NCBI GenBank assembly: GCA_021737785.1
Contig: JAIPDI010000046.1
Coordinates: 1 to 42,838 of the forward strand
Direction of reading: 5' to 3'
From: Deltaproteobacteria bacterium
GTDB lineage: Bacteria; Desulfobacterota; DSM-4660; Desulfatiglandales; Desulfatiglandaceae
Length of the DNA: 42,838 nt
This document shows, piece by piece, positions 1 through 10,058 of the stretch (positions are counted from its first letter, which is position 1; the number at the start of each line of letters is the position of its first letter). The position numbers were made by a program, and so were the translations under genes. The notes beneath the pieces are model-generated. The model made no database searches. It saw only the letters and a list, made by a program, of their open reading frames with translations, and was not told the origin of the DNA.

Positions 1-74
1 CAAAGGAACTCAATATCACCCGAGAACAGGTCTATGCCAAATACACGGCTCAGACCATAACTCAGAATCCCTGA
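1..74 (+). CDS. 3' end of an upstream gene. Frame 3 reads ...KELNITREQVYAKYTAQTITQNP* and stops at ~72-74. Product not recognised.
   Basis: Open frame running in from the window edge with protein-like composition. No motif identified. Confidence 0.3.
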   Translation, partial: KELNITREQVYAKYTAQTITQNP

Positions 75-305
75 CAAAGTAGCGGGGCTTTCTCTTGATA
101 ACCCAGTTTCTCGTTCAATCCTTATATCGGAATTCCAGAAGATGTTCACCTTCCTTGACTTTCATCCCGCCTTGGGATAGGGTTCTCACAATGTTTTTCA
201 GGGGCGATTTTCAACATGGATTTGGCCATCCTCAGGTGAGAAATAACATGTCACCCTTCCGCCTCCTGTCGAGGGTGGATCGGCAGGTTTTCGGTAAATT
301 GTGAA

Positions 306-1127
306 ATGAAGAATAGGATGACCATCGGTCAGCTGACCGTCAGCACCAGCGGCCCCTTTTTTCTGATTGCCGGACCGTGTGTTATTGAGGACGAATCAAC
401 GACGGTGCAGATCGCTGAGTCTTTGAAAGAAATCAGTGAAAGACTCGGAATCCCCACCATCTTTAAGAGTTCTTATGATAAGGCCAACCGGACCTCCATA
501 GATTCTTTCAGGGGGCCTGGAGTGGAAAAAGGCCTGGAAATATTGATGAAGGTAAAAGAAAGGACCGGCTTGCCGGTACTTTCAGATGTCCACCGGATCA
601 GTGAGGTGGAAAGGGCCGCAGGGGTTCTTGACGTGATCCAGATTCCTGCATTTCTCTGCAGGCAGACCGACCTTATCACGGCCGTGGCTCGGACAGGCCT
701 GCCGGTCAATATCAAGAAAGGCCAGTTTATTTCCCCCGATGAGATCGGCCCGATCATTGGAAAAGTGACTTCCACCGGAAACCATCGTATCCTCGTGACC
801 GAAAGGGGCTCTTTTTTCGGCTACAACAACCTGGTGGTGGACATGCGCTCCATCGCCATTATGAAACGATTCGATTTTCCGGTGATTTTTGACGCCACTC
901 ACAGTGTACAGCTTCCGGGAGGTCAGGGAACCTGTTCAGGCGGTCAGAGGGATTTTGTCAGCCATCTCTCCAGGGCCGCGGTTGCAGCCGGAGCGGACGG
1001 AGTTTTCATGGAGATCCATCCGGATCCCGATGCAGCCTTGTGTGATGGGCCCAATTCGATGCCTCTTTGTGACATTGAGCCGTTGTTGCGTATGCTCAAG
1101 GATATTCATGGCCTCGTAAGAGACTGA
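306..1127 (+). CDS. kdsA: 3-deoxy-8-phosphooctulonate synthase (KDO8P synthase)
   Basis: 273 aa. The LIAGPCVIE, KSSYDKANRTS and FDATHSVQLPGG motifs are typical of the KdsA/DAHP-synthase-I family. It precedes kdsC and lptCAB. Confidence 0.9.
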   Translation: MKNRMTIGQLTVSTSGPFFLIAGPCVIEDESTTVQIAESLKEISERLGIPTIFKSSYDKANRTSIDSFRGPGVEKGLEILMKVKERTGLPVLSDVHRISEVERAAGVLDVIQIPAFLCRQTDLITAVARTGLPVNIKKGQFISPDEIGPIIGKVTSTGNHRILVTERGSFFGYNNLVVDMRSIAIMKRFDFPVIFDATHSVQLPGGQGTCSGGQRDFVSHLSRAAVAAGADGVFMEIHPDPDAALCDGPNSMPLCDIEPLLRMLKDIHGLVRD

Positions 1128-1340
1128 ATTCATTTTCTTCCTGTTGAACCGAGCCTCCCCTTCCCGGCCGCTTTTTAAAACAGCTCACAACTGGCCGGAG
1201 GTCTTGCCCATAAAACCGGAACATGGATCTCCCGGTAACAAGATGGGTGACTCCGATATAAGGACATCGGGCGCTGCAAGCAAGGGACCTCTCCTTATGG
1301 GCAACGGTATACAGGTCGGGAGAAGCAGTGGTGAATAACA

Positions 1341-1862
1341 GTGGTGAATAAAGCGAACAAGATCAGAATATTGTTTGTGGATGTGGACGGCGTCTTGACG
1401 GACGGCCGTATTACCATGAACCAAGAGGGAGAAGAAATCAAATCGTTCTGTGTAAAAGACGGCCTGGGATTGAAGATGGTGATGGCTGCAGGAATTGAGG
1501 TGGTGATCCTCACCGGCCGGGCATCGGGGGCGGTGGCCCATCGGACCAGAGAGCTGGGGATTACGGCGCTCTATCAAGGGAGTGCAGACAAAGGGGACGT
1601 GTGCAGGCAGGTTCTCAGAGAGAAGGAAATTGAGAAAGCGGAGGCCGGATGCATCGGGGACGATCTCCCTGATCTGGCCATGTTCAGGGAAACAGGTCTT
1701 CGCATCGCGGTTGCCGACGCAGCCGAGGAGGTTCGCCAAAAAGCTGATCTCGTAACCTGCAAAAAAGGGGGGCATGGTGCAGTGCGGGAGGCGTGCGAAT
1801 GGATCCTGAAACGACAAGGGGAATGGCCCAAAAACGGCTTTACAGAACTCACCGGAGGTTGA
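1341..1862 (+). CDS. kdsC: KDO 8-phosphate phosphatase (HAD family)
   Basis: 173 aa. HAD motif I ILFVDVDGVLTDG and motif IV GDDLPD. GTG start (1341, or 1344). Sits immediately upstream of lptC as in E. coli. Confidence 0.85.
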   Translation: MVNKANKIRILFVDVDGVLTDGRITMNQEGEEIKSFCVKDGLGLKMVMAAGIEVVILTGRASGAVAHRTRELGITALYQGSADKGDVCRQVLREKEIEKAEAGCIGDDLPDLAMFRETGLRIAVADAAEEVRQKADLVTCKKGGHGAVREACEWILKRQGEWPKNGFTELTGG

Positions 1863-1882
1863 TATAGTACCTCTGCCATTTT

Positions 1883-2458
1883 ATGAAAATTCTTCTCAAG
1901 AGACATTGGCCCCTCCTGGGTTTAGGGGCGTTGCTCCTTATCGTGGCCTTTTACCTTGCAAAATCGGGGAAAGAGCTGGTTAAGACAACCGCACTTTTAA
2001 AAGATATGGTGTCGGGCGAGGGGCTCAAGCTGGAGGATATCCATTATCGCCAGAATGATCCGGAAGACAAGATAAAATGGGTGCTCGACGCGGAGGAAGT
2101 CCGGCTCTCAGAGGATAAGAAGGTTGTACGATTCTATGGCTTTGACCTGATGGTTGAGCCCGAGGCAAGACCCGGTTTCAAATTGAGCGGGAAACGGGGG
2201 AATTATTTCAAGGACTCTAATCAGATCGAACTCTGGGGAGAGCTGAAAGGTCTTTACGGCAACGACTATCAAATCTTTACGGAATATCTGCTGGTCAGCG
2301 ATAACTTCGGGCGGTTGAGTACCGATCGGCCGGTCAGGATATCCGGACCATTCTTCACCGTGAAGGGCCAAGGCCTTGTGGCAGATCTGCCCAATGAAAC
2401 GATTCGCATATTGTCAGACGTCACCACCACTTTAAAGGGAAACCCGGAAACCCCATGA
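1883..2458 (+). CDS. lptC: LPS export system protein LptC
   Basis: 191 aa. N-terminal single TM (WPLLGLGALLLIVAFYLA) followed by a beta-rich periplasmic domain. Position between kdsC and lptA. 4-nt overlap with the next gene. Confidence 0.7.
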   Translation: MKILLKRHWPLLGLGALLLIVAFYLAKSGKELVKTTALLKDMVSGEGLKLEDIHYRQNDPEDKIKWVLDAEEVRLSEDKKVVRFYGFDLMVEPEARPGFKLSGKRGNYFKDSNQIELWGELKGLYGNDYQIFTEYLLVSDNFGRLSTDRPVRISGPFFTVKGQGLVADLPNETIRILSDVTTTLKGNPETP

Positions 2459-3009
2459 GAGCCTTTAAATATTCTCTGGTACTTTGCTGCGCCATTCTGT
2501 TATGGCCGGCGGTTGGATCCAGCCCTGCTCAATCGGAGACCCCTCTCCCTCAACCCCGGGAGACCGGCCAGGGGGAAATGATCATCCATTCCAACACGCT
2601 GGAGGCGGACGACAAGAAGGGGACTGTCACATTTACGGGAGAGGTGGATGCGCAGCGGGATGATTTTACCGTCTACTGTCAAAAGATGGTGGTTCACTAT
2701 GCAAAATCCCCCGCCGAAAAGGGAACCGAAAAATTTGCAGCCCAAATCGAGAAGATCGTTGCCAGCGGAAACGTCAAAATCGTTCGCGCCGAAGGCGGGA
2801 TTGCCACCGGTGAACAAGCGGTGTATTATCAACAGGATGAAAAACTGGTTCTTACCGGAAAACCGGTGGTGAAACAAGGGGACAGTTCGGTGGAGGGCGA
2901 TCGAATCACACTCTTTTTAAAAGAGGATCGAAGTGTCGTAGAGAGTTCATCGGACAAGAAGGTGCGGGCCGTGATATTTCCCACAAAGGCCAAGGGGCAG
3001 GGCCCTTAA
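2455..3009 (+). CDS. lptA: LPS transport periplasmic protein LptA (OstA-like)
   Basis: 184 aa. Signal peptide plus an OstA-like fold (IHSNTLEADDKKGTVTFTGEV...; GNVKIVRAEG...). Synteny lptC-lptA-lptB. Confidence 0.75.
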   Translation: MRAFKYSLVLCCAILLWPAVGSSPAQSETPLPQPRETGQGEMIIHSNTLEADDKKGTVTFTGEVDAQRDDFTVYCQKMVVHYAKSPAEKGTEKFAAQIEKIVASGNVKIVRAEGGIATGEQAVYYQQDEKLVLTGKPVVKQGDSSVEGDRITLFLKEDRSVVESSSDKKVRAVIFPTKAKGQGP

Positions 3010-3011
3010 CC

Positions 3012-3740
3012 GTGGCAAATGATACGCTCCAGGCACAAGGCCTGGTCAAAGGTTACAGCGGAAAGCGGGTTGTCGATCATGTAAACATTGTGGTGGAACG
3101 CCAGGAGATCGTCGGTCTTCTGGGTCCCAATGGCGCCGGCAAGACCACGACCTTCTATATGGTGGTGGGACTCGCTCATCCGGATGAGGGGAGGGTCTTC
3201 CTGGACGGCGCTGACATCACCCGTGATCCGATGTATCGGAGGGCCAGGAGAGGGATCAGTTATCTGGCGCAGGAACCCTCTGTGTTCAGGAAATTGACCG
3301 TGGAACAGAACCTCCTGGCGATCCTGGAACTGCTGGATGTTCCGGTTCATGAAAGAAAATTGCGACTGGATAATGCCCTTGCAGAGCTTGGCATCGCGCA
3401 TCTGGCCAAACAGAAGGCCATCTCCCTCTCCGGCGGAGAACGCCGAAGACTTGAAATCTCCAGGGCTCTGATTACAAATCCGAGATTTATGCTGCTGGAT
3501 GAGCCCTTTGCTGGAATTGACCCGCTTGCCATAAATGATATCCAGCAAATCATCAGACAGTTGAAAGAGCGCGGCCTTGGCGTTATCATCTCGGACCATA
3601 ACGTCCGGGAAACCTTAAGCGCCTGTGACACCGCCTATATTATCAACCAGGGAATGATCATTGAACAGGGTTCCCCGGCCACAATCGTAAAAAGCGATAT
3701 CGCCCGGAGCGTTTACCTAGGAGACAACTTCAACTTGTGA
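3012..3740 (+). CDS. lptB: LPS export ABC transporter ATP-binding protein LptB
   Basis: 242 aa. Walker A GPNGAGKTT, ABC signature LSGGERRRLEI, Walker B LLDEPFAGID. Directly precedes rpoN. Confidence 0.9.
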   Translation: MANDTLQAQGLVKGYSGKRVVDHVNIVVERQEIVGLLGPNGAGKTTTFYMVVGLAHPDEGRVFLDGADITRDPMYRRARRGISYLAQEPSVFRKLTVEQNLLAILELLDVPVHERKLRLDNALAELGIAHLAKQKAISLSGGERRRLEISRALITNPRFMLLDEPFAGIDPLAINDIQQIIRQLKERGLGVIISDHNVRETLSACDTAYIINQGMIIEQGSPATIVKSDIARSVYLGDNFNL

Positions 3741-3747
3741 ATTCGTT

Positions 3748-5202
3748 ATGGCGTTAGAATTAAGACAATCATTGGGCCTTGCTCAGCAGCTGGTCATGAC
3801 TCCCCAGTTGCAGCAGGCGATTAAGCTTCTTCAGCTTTCCCGGCTCGAACTTCTTGAAACCATTTCACAGGAGATAGAGGAAAACCCTGTACTGGAAGAA
3901 CTGATGGCAGGGGAATCCGAGCAGGACGAGGATAAAGATGACGTAAAAGATGAACCGGTCCGGGAGTCTTCCGAAATCCCTGAAGTAATGGTAGAGGATC
4001 GGGCCCGGGATGATGTGGACTGGGAGACCTATATCACCGAATACAATACCGGGTGGGCTGAAACCCGTTACGAGGAAAGAGACGTCCCCAATTTTGACAA
4101 TATCACCGACACCAAAACCAATCTTCCAGAACACCTGACCTGGCAGCTCAATATGAGCAGCCTTGACGAGGATCAAAGAGAAATCGGAATTCAGATCATC
4201 GGAAATCTCGATGATGATGGGTACCTGGACATCTCACTGGAAGAGATCTGCGAGATTACGGGACATTCTCCTGAAAGGGTGACGGAAACACTTTCCCTGA
4301 TCCAGAATTTCGATCCGGTGGGCGTGGCCGCGAGGGACACGCGGGAGTCTCTGCTCATCCAGGCCAGATTCCATAATCTCGGCGGGAGTCTGGTGGAAAC
4401 CATACTCATGGATCATATGAAGGATCTGGAAAACAGGAATTATGATAAGATTGCGAGCACCCTTTCCCTCCCCCTTCAGGACATTGTTTCCGCCCTCTCT
4501 GTTATTCAGACCTTGGATCCGCGGCCCGGAAGGGTTTACTCAAACGAGGAAACCATCTATATCACCCCGGATATCTATGTCTTTAAAGTCGGCGATGATT
4601 ATGAAATCGTACAAAATGAGGACGGATTGCCCAAACTGAGGATTAATGGGTATTACAGGCAAATCCTTCAGAATAAGACCCCTATTTCGGAGAATACAAA
4701 GACGTATATTCAGGAAAAAATGCGATCCGCCGCCTGGTTGATAAAGAGCATTCACCAGCGTCAACGGACCTTGTTTCGAGTGACGGAGAGTATCGTTCGC
4801 TTTCAAAAAGCATTTCTCGACAAGGGGATTGCGCATCTCAGACCCCTCGTGCTCCGCAATGTGGCAGAGGACATCGAGATGCATGAGTCCACTGTGAGCC
4901 GGGTCACCACCAACAAATATGTATATACGCCACAGGGTCTTTTTGAACTGAAATTCTTCTTCAACAGCTCCATCAGCAGACTTGACGGGGATGACCTTGC
5001 ATCTGAAAGCGTTAAGGCGCAGATTCGCAAATTCATCAAAAGCGAAGACAAGGCACGGCCTTACAGCGACAAAGAGATTGAAAATATGATGAAGAGACTT
5101 AACATTAATGTTGCCCGTCGCACCATTGCCAAATACAGAGAGTCCATGGGTATTCTCCCATCGAGAAAGCGAAGGGATCCGTTATCGAGATCGCACCTTT
5201 AG
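3748..5202 (+). CDS. rpoN: RNA polymerase sigma-54 factor
   Basis: 484 aa. N-terminal region I (LQQAIKLLQLSRLEL), acidic linker, and the C-terminal RpoN box ARRTIAKYRE. Confidence 0.95.
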   Translation: MALELRQSLGLAQQLVMTPQLQQAIKLLQLSRLELLETISQEIEENPVLEELMAGESEQDEDKDDVKDEPVRESSEIPEVMVEDRARDDVDWETYITEYNTGWAETRYEERDVPNFDNITDTKTNLPEHLTWQLNMSSLDEDQREIGIQIIGNLDDDGYLDISLEEICEITGHSPERVTETLSLIQNFDPVGVAARDTRESLLIQARFHNLGGSLVETILMDHMKDLENRNYDKIASTLSLPLQDIVSALSVIQTLDPRPGRVYSNEETIYITPDIYVFKVGDDYEIVQNEDGLPKLRINGYYRQILQNKTPISENTKTYIQEKMRSAAWLIKSIHQRQRTLFRVTESIVRFQKAFLDKGIAHLRPLVLRNVAEDIEMHESTVSRVTTNKYVYTPQGLFELKFFFNSSISRLDGDDLASESVKAQIRKFIKSEDKARPYSDKEIENMMKRLNINVARRTIAKYRESMGILPSRKRRDPLSRSHL

Positions 5203-5304
5203 GATGCCGGCCCGTGGGGTGTATGCATATCGCGAGTTCATCTATCGGGAGACGTTCGACTGTCCATTATTCATTTTTTTTATTCTTAATCTGGAGGAAG
5301 CCTT

Positions 5305-5844
5305 ATGGAAATTACGGTGACATTCAGGCATACGGAACCCATTGAGAGCCTCCGGGCATACGCCGAAGAGAAGGTGTCCAAGTTAAAAAAATACCTGGAC
5401 GTTCCTTTGGAAGCCCACATTGTATTGACTGTTGAGAAATTCCGACATATAGCAGACGTGACCCTCAGCCTGAACGGCACCCCCATAATGGCGGTTGAGG
5501 AAACCGGGGATATGTATTCGGCCATCGACCAGGTGATGGACAAGGTCGAAAACCGGGTCAAAAAACATCTCTCCAAGATAAAGAGTCACCGCCAGGAAAG
5601 CCCCAAGGCCGAATCCGAATCAGTGAATGAAGAGGCCGCTGACATCGTTGGGCTGGCTCATGACGAGCCTGCCATCGTGGTGGAAAAGATGTTTGCCAAA
5701 CCGATGGATCCCGAAGAAGCAGCCATGCAGCTCAACCTGCTGAAACAGGATTTCCTGGTATTTAGAAATGCCAAATCCAGGGAAATAAATGCCATCTATA
5801 AACGTGGCGACGGAGATCTCGGGCTTATTGAGCCTGAAAATTAG
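5305..5844 (+). CDS. hpf: Ribosome hibernation promoting factor (long HPF/RaiA type)
   Basis: 179 aa. The S30AE N-terminal domain (MEITVTFRHTEPIESLRAYAEEKVSKL) plus a C-terminal extension. Classic position after rpoN. Confidence 0.9.
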   Translation: MEITVTFRHTEPIESLRAYAEEKVSKLKKYLDVPLEAHIVLTVEKFRHIADVTLSLNGTPIMAVEETGDMYSAIDQVMDKVENRVKKHLSKIKSHRQESPKAESESVNEEAADIVGLAHDEPAIVVEKMFAKPMDPEEAAMQLNLLKQDFLVFRNAKSREINAIYKRGDGDLGLIEPEN

Positions 5845-6112
5845 AATCTCCTGAATGCGCATCGGTTTAGACGCCGTGTCTGTAACCCCGCATTGCGGGA
5901 CAATATGCCGAGAAGTTGGCGCCTTATGGGTAAGTGCTCGGAAAATTTACGGGATTTGCACCCATACCTTTTTGGTTGCGGCCGTCAGGCCGCCTTGGGG
6001 GATATGCTGGCCTGTGAATGCCGGAGGATGATGATTTACTGTTTTACAGCACCCAGACTGCCCGGAATATAAATGATAAAAAGGCAAGTCAGAATGGGAT
6101 GATCCGGTTTAT

Positions 6113-6577
6113 ATGATGAAACTATCTGAAATAATTACAATAGACAAAATCATACCCGAACTCAGGGCAAGAGATAAGAAGGGTGTTTTGGGGGAATTGG
6201 CCGAGGTGATTACAAGTCATCATCCGGACATCGACAAGAGAATGCTCGTCCGGGTCCTTGTCGAGAGGGAGCACCTCGGGAGCACGGGCATCGGTGATGG
6301 CGTGGCCATCCCACACGGTAAATTGAATACTGTTAAGCACCCTATCGTGTCATTTGGAAGGAGCAAGCGGGGACTCGATTTTGATTCCATGGACGGACAG
6401 CCCGCGTATCTTTTTTTTCTTCTCCTGGCTCCTGAAAATTCTTCCGGCGTACACCTTCAGGTACTGACCCGAATCGCCAAGATGTTGAAAAAGAGTGCTT
6501 TCAGGAAAGAGCTGATGCAGGCCGAAACAAAAGAAGAGCTGTACCAGACCATTATTCAATCAGATGAAGAAACGTAG
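6113..6577 (+). CDS. ptsN: PTS IIA-like nitrogen regulatory protein (EIIA-Ntr)
   Basis: 154 aa. Fructose/mannitol-type EIIA motif GSTGIGDGVAIPHGK with the phosphorylatable His. Sits in the rpoN-hpf-ptsN context. Confidence 0.85.
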   Translation: MMKLSEIITIDKIIPELRARDKKGVLGELAEVITSHHPDIDKRMLVRVLVEREHLGSTGIGDGVAIPHGKLNTVKHPIVSFGRSKRGLDFDSMDGQPAYLFFLLLAPENSSGVHLQVLTRIAKMLKKSAFRKELMQAETKEELYQTIIQSDEET

Positions 6578-6647
6578 CTGATTGTGGACAGCATGCCGAG
6601 CTCCTTAACAAAAACATCGAACCACCTGCCGAGGTTTTATCTGGCCG

Positions 6648-7049
6648 ATGATCGGACTCCTGATAATTTCACACTGTGATCTGGGGAAAGAACTTTTGAA
6701 CGCGGCTGAACTCATTGTGGGACGGCTGGAAGCAGCCGATTCCATTTCCATCACCCAGACGACGGAAAGCAGCGAGATACTTGAAGAGATCTCAAAAAAG
6801 ATACGGGCGCTCAATCAAGGACAGGGCGTTCTGGTACTTACCGACATGTTTGGCGGCACGCCTTCCAATCTGAGCCTTTCTTTTCTGAATGATGAGAAAG
6901 TCGAAGTATTAACAGGCGTCAATCTGCCGATGGTGATCGCCGTTTCCAATGACCGGGATCGTCTGACATTGGGGGAGTTGGGTGAAAAGGCAGAGCAGGC
7001 AGGGAAGCGCAGCATCACCTTGGCCCGCAAACTGTTGAAAACCGCATGA
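6648..7049 (+). CDS. PTS mannose-family EIIA component (EIIA-Man-like)
   Basis: 133 aa. N-terminal IGLLIISHCDLG has His ~10 as in ManX EIIA. GVLVLTDMFGGTP and VLTGVNLPMVIA match the ManX GVLFLVDTWGGSP / VIAGVNIPMLVE blocks. Confidence 0.7.
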   Translation: MIGLLIISHCDLGKELLNAAELIVGRLEAADSISITQTTESSEILEEISKKIRALNQGQGVLVLTDMFGGTPSNLSLSFLNDEKVEVLTGVNLPMVIAVSNDRDRLTLGELGEKAEQAGKRSITLARKLLKTA

Positions 7050-7498
7050 GTTGTCTGGAAGCGGTTACCAGAGAGAATTTCCCCAGGTTTCAAAGGGACA
7101 TTCTGGCTATTGAAAGCAGCTCCTTTCCCTCACCCTGGGACGAAAACAGTTTTTCAAGTGAAATTGACCGGACGATTTCTCATTTCTGGGTCCTCACCAG
7201 CAATGATGCCCTGGCAGGATATATCTGCTTCTGGATTTTCGCAGGTGAAGTTCATTTGCTGAATATAGCCGTACACAAGGCCTGTCGACAGAAGGGTGTA
7301 GGGTGGCGGCTCCTGTCAAAGATGTTTGAGGTAGGGATCAGTGAAGGCGCAGAGACGGCCTGGTTAGAGGTACGACCTTCTAACCTCGCAGCAAAATCCC
7401 TCTACGCAAAGGCGGGGTTTCTGGAGGTCGGCCGAAGACTGCGGTATTACACCGATACCGCTGAAGACGCCATCCTCATGTCCAGGGCACTGCCATGA
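7046..7498 (+). CDS. rimI: GNAT N-acetyltransferase, RimI-like (ribosomal-protein-alanine acetyltransferase)
   Basis: 150 aa. GNAT acetyl-CoA motif NIAVHKACRQKGVGWRLL. RimI-like size and layout. Overlaps the previous gene by 4 nt. Confidence 0.7.
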   Translation: MSCLEAVTRENFPRFQRDILAIESSSFPSPWDENSFSSEIDRTISHFWVLTSNDALAGYICFWIFAGEVHLLNIAVHKACRQKGVGWRLLSKMFEVGISEGAETAWLEVRPSNLAAKSLYAKAGFLEVGRRLRYYTDTAEDAILMSRALP

Positions 7499-7721
7499 CG
7501 TAATTGGATGTCTCGGAAGTTCCTCTGGTATCCATTTTCGGTGCCGTGGATCTGAAATGATGGGGTGGCGGGAAGGAAGGCTGAATCCCGCCAGAGGCGC
7601 CCATTGGGGAGAAACCTCCAAGTTGAAGATTGAAGGACAACACAGGTAAAAGGGTGATCATCACCCTAAATCTTAGACCGGGGACGAGGGTTCCGGCATA
7701 CTGCTGATAAGGAGGGAGAAG

Positions 7722-8723
7722 ATGTCTCTTAAAGTGGGGATAAATGGTTTTGGGCGGATTGGAAGAATGGTCTTCAGGGCGGGGATTCACAACCCCCAGA
7801 TCGATTTCGTTGCAATAAATGATCTTACCGACCCTGCAACGCTGGCCCATCTGTTGAAATACGACTCTGTGCATGGAACTCTCAAGGCGGAGGTCTCAAG
7901 TTCCGAGAACTCCCTTATTGTTGACAATAAAAAGATTGAGATATTTACCCGGAAGGACCCCGCGAACATTCCATGGGGAGAACTCGGGATTCAAACCGTC
8001 TTTGAGTGCACCGGACTCTTCAGAGATCGGGAAAAGGCTGCAGGTCATTTAAAGGCCGGCGCCGGGAAGGTCATCATTTCCGCACCCGCCAAGGAACCGG
8101 ATGTCACTATTGTCATGGGGGTGAATGAAACCGAATATGATCCAGAAAATCATCATATTGTCTCTAATGCCTCCTGCACAACGAACTGCCTCGCCCCCCC
8201 GTGCAAGGTGCTGCTGGATAATTTCGGGATTGAAAAGGGGTTGATGACAACGACCCATTCTTACACCGGAGATCAGAGGTTGCTGGATTTCCCCCACAAG
8301 GACCTGAGGAGGGCCCGGGCCGCAGCCCTCTCCATGATACCAACCACAACCGGCGCCGCAAAGGCCGTCGGCCTGGTCCTTCCTCAGTTGGCAGGAAAGC
8401 TCAACGGCATGGCCATCCGGGTACCTACCCCCAATGTATCGGTGGTGGACCTGGTCGCCCAATTGAAGACATCGGTTACAGCGGAAGATGTGAATGAGGC
8501 GATGAAAAAGGCGGCCGAGACCCGTCTCAAGGGCATTCTGGCCTTCAGCGATGCCCCCCTGGTTTCCATAGATTTTAATGGAACATCTGTTTCATCTACC
8601 ATTGACGGGCCCTCCACCATGGCCATCGGGGATATGGTCAAGATCCTGGCCTGGTACGATAATGAATTCGGATACTCCAGTCGGATGATCGACCTGGCTG
8701 TGCATATGGCGAATCGTTCATAA
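7722..8723 (+). CDS. gap: Glyceraldehyde-3-phosphate dehydrogenase
   Basis: 333 aa. NAD-binding NGFGRIGR and the active-site motif [12 protein letters not shown]. The RBS GGAGGGAGAAG precedes the ATG. Confidence 0.95.
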   Translation: MSLKVGINGFGRIGRMVFRAGIHNPQIDFVAINDLTDPATLAHLLKYDSVHGTLKAEVSSSENSLIVDNKKIEIFTRKDPANIPWGELGIQTVFECTGLFRDREKAAGHLKAGAGKVIISAPAKEPDVTIVMGVNETEYDPENHHIVSNASCTTNCLAPPCKVLLDNFGIEKGLMTTTHSYTGDQRLLDFPHKDLRRARAAALSMIPTTTGAAKAVGLVLPQLAGKLNGMAIRVPTPNVSVVDLVAQLKTSVTAEDVNEAMKKAAETRLKGILAFSDAPLVSIDFNGTSVSSTIDGPSTMAIGDMVKILAWYDNEFGYSSRMIDLAVHMANRS

Positions 8724-8782
8724 AACCATACAACCGGGCGGCCCCAAGACTTGCGGCCGCCCAATAAGGAGTGAACTGACCG

Positions 8783-9553
8783 ATGTTTCAAAGAACGCCG
8801 ATGATCGCCGGCAATTGGAAGATGAATCTGCGCCATGCTGAGGCAGCGGCGCTGGTGAAGCGCATCGGGGAGGGGATTGAAGGTCTTGAGGGGGTCGATG
8901 TCCTGGTGGCGCCCCCTTTTACCCATCTGGCGAAAGTGAGGGAGGCTGTTGGAAACGCCCGAATTTTTCTGGCCGGACAAAACATGCACTGGGAAATGAG
9001 CGGGGCTTTCACTGGAGAGATATCCGGAAGGATGCTTCAGGAAGCCACCTGTACCCATGTCATCCTGGGGCATTCTGAAAGACGTATCCTCTTCAAGGAA
9101 ACGAGTGAAACAATCGATCTCAAGGTGAAGGCCGCCACGTTTCTGGGCCTGATCCCGATCGTATGTGTCGGGGAAACCCTCGAGGAACGCGAGGCCGACC
9201 AGACCTTTGAGGTGATCCGGGCGCAACTCGATGCATCATTTCACAACTACAAAGCCGATCAATTGATGCGGCCATCCACCATTCTGGCCTACGAGCCGGT
9301 GTGGGCGATCGGAACCGGTAGAACGGCAACTCCGGGTCAGGCCCAGGAGGTGCACCGGTTTATCCGGGAATGGATAGAGAAGACCTTTAATACGGGCTGC
9401 GCGGCCCAGGTGCGGATTCTCTACGGCGGCAGCGTCAAACCCGAAAATATCGCCGATCTCATGTCGGAGCCGGACATTGACGGGGCGCTTGTCGGCGGCG
9501 CAAGCCTCAAAGGGGATTCTTTTGTTCAGATTATTCGTTATAATGAAAGGTGA
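8783..9553 (+). CDS. tpiA: Triosephosphate isomerase
   Basis: 256 aa. Signatures AYEPVWAIGTG, GHSERR, and the YGGS loop. Confidence 0.95.
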   Translation: MFQRTPMIAGNWKMNLRHAEAAALVKRIGEGIEGLEGVDVLVAPPFTHLAKVREAVGNARIFLAGQNMHWEMSGAFTGEISGRMLQEATCTHVILGHSERRILFKETSETIDLKVKAATFLGLIPIVCVGETLEEREADQTFEVIRAQLDASFHNYKADQLMRPSTILAYEPVWAIGTGRTATPGQAQEVHRFIREWIEKTFNTGCAAQVRILYGGSVKPENIADLMSEPDIDGALVGGASLKGDSFVQIIRYNER

Positions 9554-9712
9554 TGAAGTTCTTTTTTTGTTGCAAAATACTTCATTTTAGTTAATATGCG
9601 TCCGATGGAAGCGACTCCAGACCTGCTGCATGACATGCAGCAGGACATCCCATTACAGTGACACCAACAGATCGTCAGGGACAGGGCGGGTTGGCGGAAA
9701 GAGATATTTAAA

Positions 9713-10045
9713 ATGATACCGGTCATCATCATCCTCCATATTTGTGTATGTGTGGCATTAATTCTGATTGTACTCCTGCAGAAGGGCAAGGGTGCCGGCA
9801 TGGGGGCGGCCTTTGGAGGCTCCAGTCAGACTGTTTTCGGAAGCGCTGGCGCCACCACCTTACTCCATAAAGTGACCACAGTCATCGCTGTGGTATTCAT
9901 GCTGACGTCTCTGGGTCTCTCGTTTCTCTTCAGCCAGGGGAGCACCTCTTCCGTCATGGAGGATGTGACACCCACCCAGCCTCCGGCAGCCGAAACGAGC
10001 ACTGCACCGGCGCCGAGCAGCGAAAGCCCAGAAAATAAACCGTAG
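9713..10045 (+). CDS. secG: Preprotein translocase subunit SecG
   Basis: 110 aa. Two TM helices with a Gly-rich linker (LLQKGKGAGMGAAFGGSSQTVFGSAG), typical of SecG. The tpiA-secG-tRNA-Leu arrangement is widely conserved. Confidence 0.85.
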   Translation: MIPVIIILHICVCVALILIVLLQKGKGAGMGAAFGGSSQTVFGSAGATTLLHKVTTVIAVVFMLTSLGLSFLFSQGSTSSVMEDVTPTQPPAAETSTAPAPSSESPENKP

Positions 10046-10058
10046 CACGAAGATGCTT

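Noticed and set aside
95-304. 69-aa ORF upstream of kdsA
   Set aside because: No RBS, odd composition (Cys/Arg/Phe-rich). It lies in the short spacer after the upstream gene's stop and is most likely non-coding leader/promoter.
473-902. Antisense ORFs inside kdsA (100 and 106 aa)
   Set aside because: Shadow ORFs opposite a gene with unambiguous KdsA motifs.
8384-9226. 280-aa minus-strand ORF spanning the gap-tpiA junction
   Set aside because: Antisense to two unmistakable glycolytic genes. No motifs.
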